DNA of 64,000 nucleotides from an uncultured Gammaproteobacteria bacterium (GTDB lineage Bacteria; Pseudomonadota; Gammaproteobacteria; JABCZS01): NCBI GenBank assembly GCA_963848305.1, contig CAWKDC010000001.1, positions 160,001 to 224,000 of the forward strand, read 5' to 3'. Shown piece by piece: positions 55,258 to 64,000 of this stretch (position 1 is its first letter; each line of letters starts with the position of its first letter). The notes under the pieces were generated by a model. It saw only the letters and a program-made list of their open reading frames with translations, ran no database searches and was not told where the DNA came from. The position numbers and the translations under genes were made by a program.

Positions 55258-55431
55258 CAATAGTTTCGCACTTTCAGTGCTCAAAACATTCTCTCATACA
55301 TTTCCTAGGGTTACGATACGCCCCGGCTTTCGCCGGGACGCATCTAACCCTAGGCTAAATGCTTAAAGGCCTTGCGGCCTTAGATGCATACACCTCACCC
55401 TAGGCTAAATGCTTAAAGGCCTTGCGGCCTT
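55258..55431. repeat. Right REP array (inverted copy, two tandem units)
   Basis: GCACTTTCAGTGCTC...CCTAGGGTTACGAT...ATCTAACCCTAGGCTAAATGCTTAAAGGCCTTGCGGCCTT, with the last unit repeated. Confidence 0.9.
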
Positions 55432-55447
55432 GGGAAGAGAGATTAGG

Positions 55448-55801
55448 TTATAGCGGATCCACATCCAGTATTCTATCATTCAACAAATCCAGCTTCGCTT
55501 GTAAACCAGCGATTTTAAAGGGAATTTGTGATGCGAGCAGCCGACGCTCCTGGGCATTGATTTTAACCTTAAGACGGGCAATCTGAGCCGCTGAGGTCTT
55601 GCGGGATCGGGCGAGGGCTTTGCGGTTCTGGTTCAGGGCTTCAAGTGCTTTATCATAAGACTTTACTAATTCGTTGATTTCTTTGCTTAAGTTTTTGATT
55701 TGGGTGGCGATAACTTGTTGGCGCAGCCCTGGGTGGGTATTTTGCTTAGAAAAAAGGCCATTGGAAAGTGCAGAGACTGCTGGTATAAGAATATGAGACA
55801 T
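55448..55801 (-). CDS. Hypothetical basic coiled-coil protein
   Basis: GGAGG RBS before ATG 55801; heptad pattern IKNLSKEINELVKSYDKALEALNQNR. Confidence 0.6.
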   Translation of the reverse strand: MSHILIPAVSALSNGLFSKQNTHPGLRQQVIATQIKNLSKEINELVKSYDKALEALNQNRKALARSRKTSAAQIARLKVKINAQERRLLASQIPFKIAGLQAKLDLLNDRILDVDPL

Positions 55802-55935
55802 AGTTAACCCTCCATTAAGAGCCATCATACCCCAATTCACCTAGATATGTCAATCAAAATCTTTACCCAAAATAGGTACAATGTTCAACAAATCAATGGG
55901 TTAGCTTTATCGTGTTTTGAGGCTATACTATCAAA

Positions 55936-57717
55936 ATGGAAAATACATCACTCATCAATTTTTTAAAGCAAAACCCGCTTTTTCGTGATATTCCCATGGA
56001 TCTGCTCGAGACATTGGCAGGTGACATGTCGCTTGTACATGTATTGGGCGGACAATATTTAATGCGGGCCGGCGAACAAGGTCACACCATGTATTTATTG
56101 GTGCATGGCCGTATGCGCGTATATACAGATGAAAATGATCCCCATGCAATCCGTGAAATTGGTGTGGGAGAAGCGGTGGGTGAACTCGCGATACTCACTG
56201 ATATGCCACGCAGCGCGACAGTGGTGGCGATTCGAGATTCTACTTTGGTGAAAATCACCGAAGAGACGTTTCGTCGTTGGGTCAAATTGCATCCCGACTC
56301 TGCCGTGCAAATGATCTCGCGCAGTATTAAACGTTTACTTCCCAACACACAAACGCGCCATCAACCTATCACCGCATTGGCCATTGTGCCCGCTCAAGCT
56401 GATCTTGATACAAGAGAAGTGTGCAATGCGCTGGTCAAGGCTATGATGCCTTATAAGAAATGCTTATTGCTCACGGCAGATAATCAGAAAGTTCAAGAAG
56501 CGATTGCAAAAGGTGAAACGGTATCTCTTGAATATTTAAATGAATGTGCTGATCAATATGATTTATTGATCTATGTTGCCACCCCTGATTTGAATGAATG
56601 GTCAAAGCAATGTGTTCGTCAGAGCGATCAAGTATTGATGCTTTGTTCGGCGACGTCATTCACTCCATTACCTGTCATTGACTATTTGTCGACAGACAAC
56701 CACACATTTGCTAAAAAAATATTGGTGGTGTTGCATCGCTCTCAAACTGAATTGCCAAAGCATACTGACAAGCTGATTCAAGCGACAAAGGCTGACAGTG
56801 TTTTCCATATTCAGCATTCATCTGATTACGAACGTATTGGACGGTTTTTCACAGGCAATGCAATATCACTGGTATTCAGCGGTGGCGGTTTGCGTGGTGC
56901 GGCGCATATTGGTTTGTATTTTGCTTTGGAAGAAAATAATATTCCTATCGATATGTTTGCTGGAACCAGTTTTGGTGCGTTGGTCGCGGCAGGGATGGCG
57001 CAGCGTTTGCCAAGAGCTCGGTTAAATGAGATTTTGGATATGGCGAATCGCACGCTGCCAGGCTTGATGGATTACACTTTACCAGTCGCCTCATTATTAC
57101 GCGGCGAAAAATTATATGAATTATTGACGAGTGCATTTGCGCCAGATGTTTTATTGGAAGATCTGTGGTTGCCTTCATTCTGTATTGGTACAAATTTGAG
57201 TGATTCAAAGATTGAGATATTTGATCGCGGACCGGCTTGGGAGGCTGTCCGTGCATCGATGTCATTGCCAGGTATTTTTTCACCGGTGACACACAATGGG
57301 AAAGTGATCATTGATGGAGGCAGTTTGAATAATTTGCCCGTTGATATCATGGCTGATCGGAACCAGGGCGGTAAGATCATTGCATCGAATGTTGGCTCTG
57401 CATTGCCTGATGAATTTTACCATGCCGAAAGTGCACATGTTTCTGGGGTCGATGTGCTGGCAGATCGCTTTCGCGTCGAGCCTCATACGCATTTGCCATC
57501 ATTGCTGGATATTTTAGTGAATGTAGGTTTTATCGGTTCACGACAACATTTGAAGATCGCGAAGCCTTTGTGTGATTATTATATTGATTTAGATCTCAGC
57601 GCTTATCCAATGATGGATTTAAAGCATTGGAATGAGATCATCGATAAAGGGCATGAGCAGGGGTTGAAGTGGATTAAAGAATTGGGGATTACGAGAGAGA
57701 CATTGGGTATAAAATAG
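55936..57717 (+). CDS. Cyclic nucleotide-binding patatin-like phospholipase (NTE family)
   Basis: cNMP domain (GELAILTDMPRSATV); GGGLRG, GTSFG and DGG patatin motifs. Confidence 0.9.
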   Translation: MENTSLINFLKQNPLFRDIPMDLLETLAGDMSLVHVLGGQYLMRAGEQGHTMYLLVHGRMRVYTDENDPHAIREIGVGEAVGELAILTDMPRSATVVAIRDSTLVKITEETFRRWVKLHPDSAVQMISRSIKRLLPNTQTRHQPITALAIVPAQADLDTREVCNALVKAMMPYKKCLLLTADNQKVQEAIAKGETVSLEYLNECADQYDLLIYVATPDLNEWSKQCVRQSDQVLMLCSATSFTPLPVIDYLSTDNHTFAKKILVVLHRSQTELPKHTDKLIQATKADSVFHIQHSSDYERIGRFFTGNAISLVFSGGGLRGAAHIGLYFALEENNIPIDMFAGTSFGALVAAGMAQRLPRARLNEILDMANRTLPGLMDYTLPVASLLRGEKLYELLTSAFAPDVLLEDLWLPSFCIGTNLSDSKIEIFDRGPAWEAVRASMSLPGIFSPVTHNGKVIIDGGSLNNLPVDIMADRNQGGKIIASNVGSALPDEFYHAESAHVSGVDVLADRFRVEPHTHLPSLLDILVNVGFIGSRQHLKIAKPLCDYYIDLDLSAYPMMDLKHWNEIIDKGHEQGLKWIKELGITRETLGIK

Positions 57718-57722
57718 TCATT

Positions 57723-59456
57723 TTATTTTTTTGGGAGTTTCGGTGCTGACGATGAGGGATGTGCGGTCGTGACATTCGTCGTGCTACTCATCAATACAGG
57801 CGTACTGGATGTGCTTTCACTTGGCTGGTTCGATTCCTTGGTTTTTATTTCTTGCATCTCAATTCCATGCACTTTTGCTTCATTTTTAATATCCTTTGTG
57901 CTGGCATAGGCATTAATGATACGTTTGAAGCCTCCGAAATAAAATACCGCAGCGACCACAACACCGACCGACAAAACAAATGGATTGGTTGCCACAGTAA
58001 ATGCGACGGCTGCGCAAACAGCTCCGCCGACAGTGGCGATGGCAGCGTACATAATGAGCTTATTGATTGGCATAGAACCCATGACAGGAATGTCAAAGTT
58101 ATTGTTATCTTTTTTAATATACTTCACATATAAAAGCCCGCCGAGAGCAACCGCACCTAAACAAGCCACAATGGTTGCGAGGATAGGTGAAGTTAAGCCC
58201 ATACCCGCCATAGAGCACACACCAAATATTTTTACATTGCCTTGCAAAGATTCTTCAAATTGTTTTGAAAAACGTACGATCGTAGGATTAGTGGACAGTT
58301 TTGGTAAGAAGGTAAGCACTTTAATACTGATACCCGCAATGAACATGATCAGAAGACCGTTGAAAGTTCCACCCCATCCACCAGCTGCTTCATCAGGAAT
58401 CATGGTGAGCACCAGTTCTTGGCCCAGTGTGCTGAGTGCGCCGCCCAGAAACCACATGTCGACGGCAAAAATAGTCATGACAGCCAAGATAAAGAGCAGG
58501 GTGAGTCCTGTTTTCCAGGTCAGTATATCAAGCATTTCACGGCTCTTAAGGCGTTTGGTAGAAGAAGCGGCAGCGGTTTTAGTGTCTGCATTTTCTCGCT
58601 CTAATTCTTCATTCATTTCATATTCAAATTCAACGCGACCTGTGTATTTATTGCCATACATGGCCATGATGAAACCACCAACGGTCATGACACCGAAAAT
58701 GAAGGTGTAATCAGGGTATTGCCCAGTGACCAAAGAGACAGTCAGCAGTGAAAGACCTAAGATCATTGCAATTAAGCCTGGTACGAGATAATACAAAGGA
58801 CTTGTGTAGATATACGTGTTTTTGTATGCATTTCTAAATGCATTGAGATGAGCGCCCATGGCATTGTTGATGGCGTCCTCGTTGGTACGGGCTACGGTGC
58901 GTTTATACAAACCTGTGAAAATGGCATCCAGTTGTTCATTGGTATAGCCCAGGGATAGATAGTATTGCAACAAACTATGGTATAGGCGTGTTTTCCTGCG
59001 TAACGTGGGCAGGTTTCCTTTGTTGTATGCAGCGAGCAGACGTTCTTTTTCTGTGCCCAGTTCCTTTCCTTTAGGGTCAGCCATCATCATGGCTTGAGCG
59101 AGGGGGCCAGTGATGCCATTCTCGATTTGGAAGCGTTGTATTTTAATCTCTATCGCATCAAGTTCTTTTTTAACACGCTTAACTTCATTTTGCTCTTGCT
59201 CAGAGACGACCGCTATTTTCTTTTCGGCTTCGTAAATAATGTGGTACAGCAAGTCGAGATTGTTTTCATCCAGGGTTTGATTATTGGAAGCGTAGGGATT
59301 GAATGGGGATAAGACGTTGGCAACCTCCCTTTCAAGGGTCGGCGTAGGGTACAAAATGGCATTGGCAAATGGCTTCGCGTATAGATCATACTGTGCCGTG
59401 CTTAGACCAGCCAATTTGTTTCTAATCACTGTTTGATTTACCACGCCAGCCTCCAT
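57723..59456 (-). CDS. Orphan multi-pass membrane protein with N-terminal coiled coil
   Basis: 577-aa ORF with ~8 hydrophobic segments and a Ser/Thr/Pro-rich tail. Confidence 0.7.
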   Translation of the reverse strand: MEAGVVNQTVIRNKLAGLSTAQYDLYAKPFANAILYPTPTLEREVANVLSPFNPYASNNQTLDENNLDLLYHIIYEAEKKIAVVSEQEQNEVKRVKKELDAIEIKIQRFQIENGITGPLAQAMMMADPKGKELGTEKERLLAAYNKGNLPTLRRKTRLYHSLLQYYLSLGYTNEQLDAIFTGLYKRTVARTNEDAINNAMGAHLNAFRNAYKNTYIYTSPLYYLVPGLIAMILGLSLLTVSLVTGQYPDYTFIFGVMTVGGFIMAMYGNKYTGRVEFEYEMNEELERENADTKTAAASSTKRLKSREMLDILTWKTGLTLLFILAVMTIFAVDMWFLGGALSTLGQELVLTMIPDEAAGGWGGTFNGLLIMFIAGISIKVLTFLPKLSTNPTIVRFSKQFEESLQGNVKIFGVCSMAGMGLTSPILATIVACLGAVALGGLLYVKYIKKDNNNFDIPVMGSMPINKLIMYAAIATVGGAVCAAVAFTVATNPFVLSVGVVVAAVFYFGGFKRIINAYASTKDIKNEAKVHGIEMQEIKTKESNQPSESTSSTPVLMSSTTNVTTAHPSSSAPKLPKK

Positions 59457-59525
59457 ATTTAGCTGTTCACCTGATAACTATAACACTGAAACCATGAAAA
59501 AAGCAAGGGATTTGGGTGGTAAAAA

Positions 59526-60119
59526 TCAATTAAAAAGTGCAAGAAAATGAATGCCATAGCCCATGGCCACGGCGACGCCGGCAGCAAAGCCAAAGAGATG
59601 TCCTTCCCAAGAGGTTTTAACGTCGGTGGGGAGGAGATGCATGAGGATAGACCCGCAGTAGTAGAGCGCCAAAGCGCCCAAAATCAACCCGCTGGCATTA
59701 GGGTGGAAGTAGGCTTGGGTGAGCAGAAAACCCATATAACCCATGATGACGCCGCTGGCGCCCACATGCATGGCTTGACGGCCAAAGAGCCAAACGGCAA
59801 TTCCTGAGAAAATCATGATGTTAAGCGTGACATTCAAGAAGTAACTGAAACCATTGGCTAGCATCAATACCAATAACAGAAAGAGTGGGATTGAGTTAAA
59901 AAACAGATGGTTAATATTGCCATGTAAGAAGGGGGACGTGAAAATGCCAATCAGCCCAAATGGGTGGCGAGGGTAGATGCCCAGGATGTTTAAGCGGTAA
60001 TGCAGGGACATATTCACGAGCTGGATTGCCCAAAGCAGACCAATGATTTCTAAGGCCACGAGGGCATTGGTTTGCATGGTGAGAATGATTTGATGTAATG
60101 CATTTGTCCATTCAAACAT
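59526..60119 (-). CDS. Rhomboid family intramembrane serine protease
   Basis: PFLHG...HL..N, HVGASG, SWEGHLFG. Confidence 0.9.
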   Translation of the reverse strand: MFEWTNALHQIILTMQTNALVALEIIGLLWAIQLVNMSLHYRLNILGIYPRHPFGLIGIFTSPFLHGNINHLFFNSIPLFLLLVLMLANGFSYFLNVTLNIMIFSGIAVWLFGRQAMHVGASGVIMGYMGFLLTQAYFHPNASGLILGALALYYCGSILMHLLPTDVKTSWEGHLFGFAAGVAVAMGYGIHFLALFN

Positions 60120-60133
60120 TGTAAAACCTCTAT

Positions 60134-61651
60134 TTAATGCTTTTTACGTAATTCAGAAATAATCTGCTTCAATGCTATCACTTCTTTTTGAAGCTTCTTG
60201 AAGTGAAGCTCGATAGTATATTTCTTTTGTGCCATGATAGACAAGTCTCTTTCAAGTTGAATTTCGCGGCTGGAAGCTGAGGGAATTTCCTGGCATTTAG
60301 CGTGTAACTTTTCAATGAGCGCACGATCTTTTTCGCGTGTTAATTCGAAAGATTTTTTCAGGGAATGCATGGCAAGCTCATGTTGTTTGATAAGCTCGGC
60401 CTTTTCCTTCTGAATGTAGTGCATGGCTGATTTTTTGGTATTTTCAGAAAATGTCTGGCATTGATTTTCAATGTGCTGATGGGCTTTCGCTTGAATATTC
60501 TTTTTGTCCTCTTTTTCAAGTAACAGCAAATGTTCAATCTTTTCGACGCTGATATGTGCTTGACGTTTCACATTCTCGATTTCAAGGGCGTGCACATTGC
60601 GCTCTTGAGATAACAAATGTTCGAATTGTTCAATTTTAATCTGCGCCTGTTTGAGCAAGCTGTCTTTTTCCCTTTCGTGGGTTTGGCGCTCCTGATTCAG
60701 CAAATGTTCTAACCGTTCGATTTTAATGTTAAATTGTTGAGAAATACTTTCACGGTCTCTTTGCTGAGCAAGGTTTGCTTGTGAAAGGGCATGTTCTAAA
60801 TGTTCGATCTTAATTCGGTATTCTTGATTTGTTTTTTCAAGTGTTTCGATTGTTTTTGAAGACCGTGCTGTCAGTCTTTGTAATTCAGCATGAAATTCAT
60901 CTTCCATTTTCTGAATGACCTGAGCATTGATGATCCGTTGCTCGCCGATTTCCTTTTGGAGAATAATGTTTTCATCAATCACTTTGGTTTTTTCATGGGT
61001 GAGTTTTTCTATCAGTTGCTGGAAATGCGTTTCACGTGATTCCCGTTCTTCTTGGTGTATGCGCATTCTTTTATCTAGCTCTTGATGATGCGTGGCTTGT
61101 GCGCTCTGCATGCTGGCTTCAAAAAAATCTTGGAGTTCATTGATCTTATCGATATGTTGTTGGTGAAGTTCCGATATTTGAGCGGATTGTTCTGCTTGAA
61201 TTGTTTGGTTATAGCTATTGAGGCGTTCAATCGTCACTTGGAGGGTTTCGATGTCCGCATGAAGTTTTTCACAGGTTTGGTCAACACTGCGTTTTTCATC
61301 CTGAATATCCCGTTTCTCTTGTGCAATCGATTGAATCGATTTCTGCAGTTCATATTCGACTTCTTTTGCTTGAGCGAGTGTGTCTTGTAACGTTTGATTG
61401 TCTTGGAGCAGTTGGATATTGCGTTCCTGAAGAGTGGCCAGCAGGGTTTCTGTTTGGGCAATTTCTTCATTGGCAGCGGCTTGGTAAGCGGCTAGTTGCT
61501 CCTCGGCTTCTTCGTAGGAACGCTGTAATAATGACTTCACGCCGACGAATACGGTGGCAGAGAATTCTCGTGCTTGCTCATCGATGAAGGCCAAAGACTG
61601 TGTGGCTGTTGCCTTGATTTCAGGCAGACAAACAGCTTCTTCAGTTGACAT
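60134..61651 (-). CDS. Long coiled-coil hypothetical protein with 29-residue repeats
   Basis: Q/E/K/L-rich throughout; KIE.LEHLL.QER-like repeat four times. Confidence 0.7.
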   Translation of the reverse strand: MSTEEAVCLPEIKATATQSLAFIDEQAREFSATVFVGVKSLLQRSYEEAEEQLAAYQAAANEEIAQTETLLATLQERNIQLLQDNQTLQDTLAQAKEVEYELQKSIQSIAQEKRDIQDEKRSVDQTCEKLHADIETLQVTIERLNSYNQTIQAEQSAQISELHQQHIDKINELQDFFEASMQSAQATHHQELDKRMRIHQEERESRETHFQQLIEKLTHEKTKVIDENIILQKEIGEQRIINAQVIQKMEDEFHAELQRLTARSSKTIETLEKTNQEYRIKIEHLEHALSQANLAQQRDRESISQQFNIKIERLEHLLNQERQTHEREKDSLLKQAQIKIEQFEHLLSQERNVHALEIENVKRQAHISVEKIEHLLLLEKEDKKNIQAKAHQHIENQCQTFSENTKKSAMHYIQKEKAELIKQHELAMHSLKKSFELTREKDRALIEKLHAKCQEIPSASSREIQLERDLSIMAQKKYTIELHFKKLQKEVIALKQIISELRKKH

Positions 61652-61733
61652 GAGAATCTCCTATAGCATTTCCTAGAAGCAAGTATAGTATATTATGCTA
61701 GGCTATACAGTATACTTTGGTTAGGAACATATC

Positions 61734-62873
61734 ATGTCAAAAAAAATGAGGGTAGGGATTTTAATGGGCGGCAAGTCCGCCGAGCACGAGATTTCATTGT
61801 TGTCGGCAAAGAGCGTTGCGCAAGCCATCAATCCTGAAAAGTATGATATCACACTTATTGGCATTCACAAGACAGGCGAGTGGTTCTATTATGAAAATCT
61901 AACGACTTGTTTAGCGAATGATGAAGATCCTAAAAAGATTCATTTAAAACCTTCCAATAAACCGGTTGTCCTTTTGCCAAGAGGCGATGGGGCATCGCTC
62001 GTTAGTTTGTCTGATGGCAAACCTATTGCATTAGATGTTATCTTTCCTGTGCTTCATGGCCCCAATGGCGAAGATGGCACCATGCAAGGACTGCTGAAGT
62101 TATGTCATGTGGCATTTGTAGGAGCAGGGGTGTTAGGCTCTGCGATTGCGATGGATAAAGACGTGATGAAGCGGTTATTTGTTCAGGCAGGTATCCCGAC
62201 CGCGCGATTCCATGTGTTATTGGCGCATGAACAGGTAAATAATCCGTGTTCTTATGAAGACATTGAAACGACGTTGGGCATGCCCTGTTTTGTTAAGCCG
62301 GCCAATTTGGGTTCATCAGTCGGCGTGGCTAAGATTAAAAGTAAGGCTGACTTTCAAGCTAAAATTGATTATGCATTTCAATTCGATCATAAAATTTTGA
62401 TTGAAGAATATATTGAAGGGCGCGAAATTGAATGCTCTGTCTTGGGTAATGAATCACCAGTGGCATCATTGCCAGGTGAGCTCATTCCTCAACATGAATT
62501 TTACTCGTATGAAGCAAAATATCTGGATGATCAGGGTGCATTGTTTGAAATTCCTGCAGTTTTAAAAGATGAGGAAGTCTTAAAGATTCGCGAACTGGCT
62601 GTGAAAGCATACCAAGTATTGTGTTGCGAAGGTATGGCCCGTGTAGACATGTTTTTAGACAAAAAAGGCCGCTTGATGTTAAATGAAATCAATACCATTC
62701 CGGGGTTTACTAAAATCAGCATGTATCCTAAAATGTGGGATGCGACTGGGTTGTCATATCCCGAGTTAATTGATCAATTAATCATGCTTGCCTTCTCACG
62801 TTTTCAGCGTGAACAATCCTTAAAAACTAATGTAGAGCTTGCTACGGAAAATGCTGAAGAGGTGAATTCATGA
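61734..62873 (+). CDS. ddl: D-alanine-D-alanine ligase
   Basis: GGKSAEHEISL, FPVLHGPNGEDG, KPANLGSSVG, NEINTIPG. Confidence 0.95.
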   Translation: MSKKMRVGILMGGKSAEHEISLLSAKSVAQAINPEKYDITLIGIHKTGEWFYYENLTTCLANDEDPKKIHLKPSNKPVVLLPRGDGASLVSLSDGKPIALDVIFPVLHGPNGEDGTMQGLLKLCHVAFVGAGVLGSAIAMDKDVMKRLFVQAGIPTARFHVLLAHEQVNNPCSYEDIETTLGMPCFVKPANLGSSVGVAKIKSKADFQAKIDYAFQFDHKILIEEYIEGREIECSVLGNESPVASLPGELIPQHEFYSYEAKYLDDQGALFEIPAVLKDEEVLKIRELAVKAYQVLCCEGMARVDMFLDKKGRLMLNEINTIPGFTKISMYPKMWDATGLSYPELIDQLIMLAFSRFQREQSLKTNVELATENAEEVNS

Positions 62874-63574
62874 GTATCAAACTTCCCATTTGGGAAACAT
62901 TAGGCCAATCATTTTCCTTTGTCCGTCACCATATGCCACTTTTTTTAAGGGCATTGGCAGTGCCAGTATTTTTGCTGATCGTGATCAGTTTGCTTTTTTT
63001 AGGAGAGCTCACAGGCTCTATGCCGCCTGTGCTTTGGATCCGTGATTTGGTGACTGTCGTGATATTTTCGTGGATGATGAACGTGTGTTGTCGGATTGTG
63101 ATCACAGAAACGGCTGGCGATAATGGTTGGACGACGCGCGAAAATTGGACATTTGTTTGGTTGTTATGTTTATCATTTGTGATCACGGTCATGTCGGCGT
63201 TTCCCGCATTGATTTTGTATATCGTATTAGTGAACGTAGATCCGATTGTGGCAACGATCTTAGCTGTTATCGCATTTTTGTTACTGCATTTATATTTATT
63301 TGCACGTTTCGTTTTAGTCTTTCCCGCCACTGCCATGGGCGATCCCATGAGTTTTCGAGAAGCATGGGAAATTTCAGCCGGAAATGGATGGCGTCTTGTG
63401 ATACTTTTCGCGTTAATTCCCTTATTATACATGCTTGTTGCGATGGGACTGATTGCATTGTTGCCTATTCAATTATTCGCTGTAGTCCTGTCGATCATCG
63501 GCATATTTTTCATGTTGGTTGGCGTGGTCGCAGTATCGCTAGCGTATAAAACATTAAAGGGAAAGTTACTATGA
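62870..63574 (+). CDS. Hypothetical six-TM membrane protein
   Basis: Hydrophobic ORF with ARF.LVFPA.A and AW..S.GN.WRL pattern; overlaps ddl. Confidence 0.7.
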   Translation: MSIKLPIWETLGQSFSFVRHHMPLFLRALAVPVFLLIVISLLFLGELTGSMPPVLWIRDLVTVVIFSWMMNVCCRIVITETAGDNGWTTRENWTFVWLLCLSFVITVMSAFPALILYIVLVNVDPIVATILAVIAFLLLHLYLFARFVLVFPATAMGDPMSFREAWEISAGNGWRLVILFALIPLLYMLVAMGLIALLPIQLFAVVLSIIGIFFMLVGVVAVSLAYKTLKGKLL

Positions 63575-64000
63575 AAATCTCTATGCTTCAAACCATCGCT
63601 GTGGCTATTGTGTCTTCAGTATTTGCCTCTAGTGCATGCGCTTCTTCCGAATCTTTTAAGCAAGGTTTATACGGCGGTGGAGCAATCGGGGCAGGTTGGG
63701 GTCAGGCCAGTTGGGATGGTATTACGGATATTTATGCCGTTAATGATCAGGGCTCTCCATTATCCTACGCAGCGAGTTGGGTTCCAAATGGTGATACCGT
63801 TGAAACAGAATTTGCCGGTAGGGTGATGTTAGGGTATCAATTTGTATCCAAACCGCTATACCTTGGATTTGAAGTCGGTGGGACGTTTTCAGAAGACTAT
63901 CAATTCGACCGTCATGAAGCAAAAGACTTTAATAATATATACTTCTTATCAACCATTTACGCTACCGCTGATGCCAACAATAAAGTAACCCTTGGGGGCG
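63571..64000 (+). CDS. Outer-membrane beta-barrel protein (runs off window end)
   Basis: Manual translation MKISMLQTIAVAIVSSVFASSACA-SSESFKQGLYGGGAIGAGW...LGYQF..YLGFEVG; signal peptide plus amphipathic strands. Confidence 0.7.
   Translation, partial: MKISMLQTIAVAIVSSVFASSACASSESFKQGLYGGGAIGAGWGQASWDGITDIYAVNDQGSPLSYAASWVPNGDTVETEFAGRVMLGYQFVSKPLYLGFEVGGTFSEDYQFDRHEAKDFNNIYFLSTIYATADANNKVTLGG

Larger units (their letters stand above)
54429..55431 (+). mobile_element. Solitary IS200-like/RAYT HUH transposase locus framed by long, structured inverted repeats
   Basis: Left arm 54429-54671 is largely the reverse complement of right arm 55258-55431; no tnpB. Confidence 0.88.

Noticed and set aside
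57985-58710. 241-aa plus-strand ORF
   Set aside because: Antisense to the 577-aa membrane protein, with no motif of its own.

Overview
A ~45% GC gammaproteobacterial chromosome segment; gene content and order suggest a Legionellales/Coxiellales-like, possibly host-associated lineage (inference). Most of it is housekeeping: rne-rluC-sppA, lolE/D-comEC-exbBD, gshA, tRNA-Ser-uvrY-uvrC-pgsA-tRNA-Gly/Cys/Leu, smc-zipA-ligA, truA-accD-folC-dedD-cvpA-purF, nagZ-queC, maf-rpmF-plsX-fabHDG, murJ-ribF-ileS-lspA-ispH, ddl. The most unusual region lies between folC and dedD (~30.4-34.8 kb): six tandem, mosaic genes for small two-TM proteins with a variable loop. Each has its own TTGACA-N17-TACTCT promoter and RBS inside a leader derived from the folC 3' end. 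The units from cassette 2 onward are separated by palindromic elements that match the long inverted repeats flanking a solitary IS200-like/RAYT HUH transposase 20 kb away (54.4-55.4 kb). This suggests a REP/HUH-nuclease-linked cassette array that amplifies and shuffles a membrane-protein family; that mechanism is a hypothesis. Four genes (lolE, pagL, uvrC, murJ) carry single-base frameshifts that look like sequencing errors. Several orphan effector-like genes and a dispersed GTAG-type REP family are also present.
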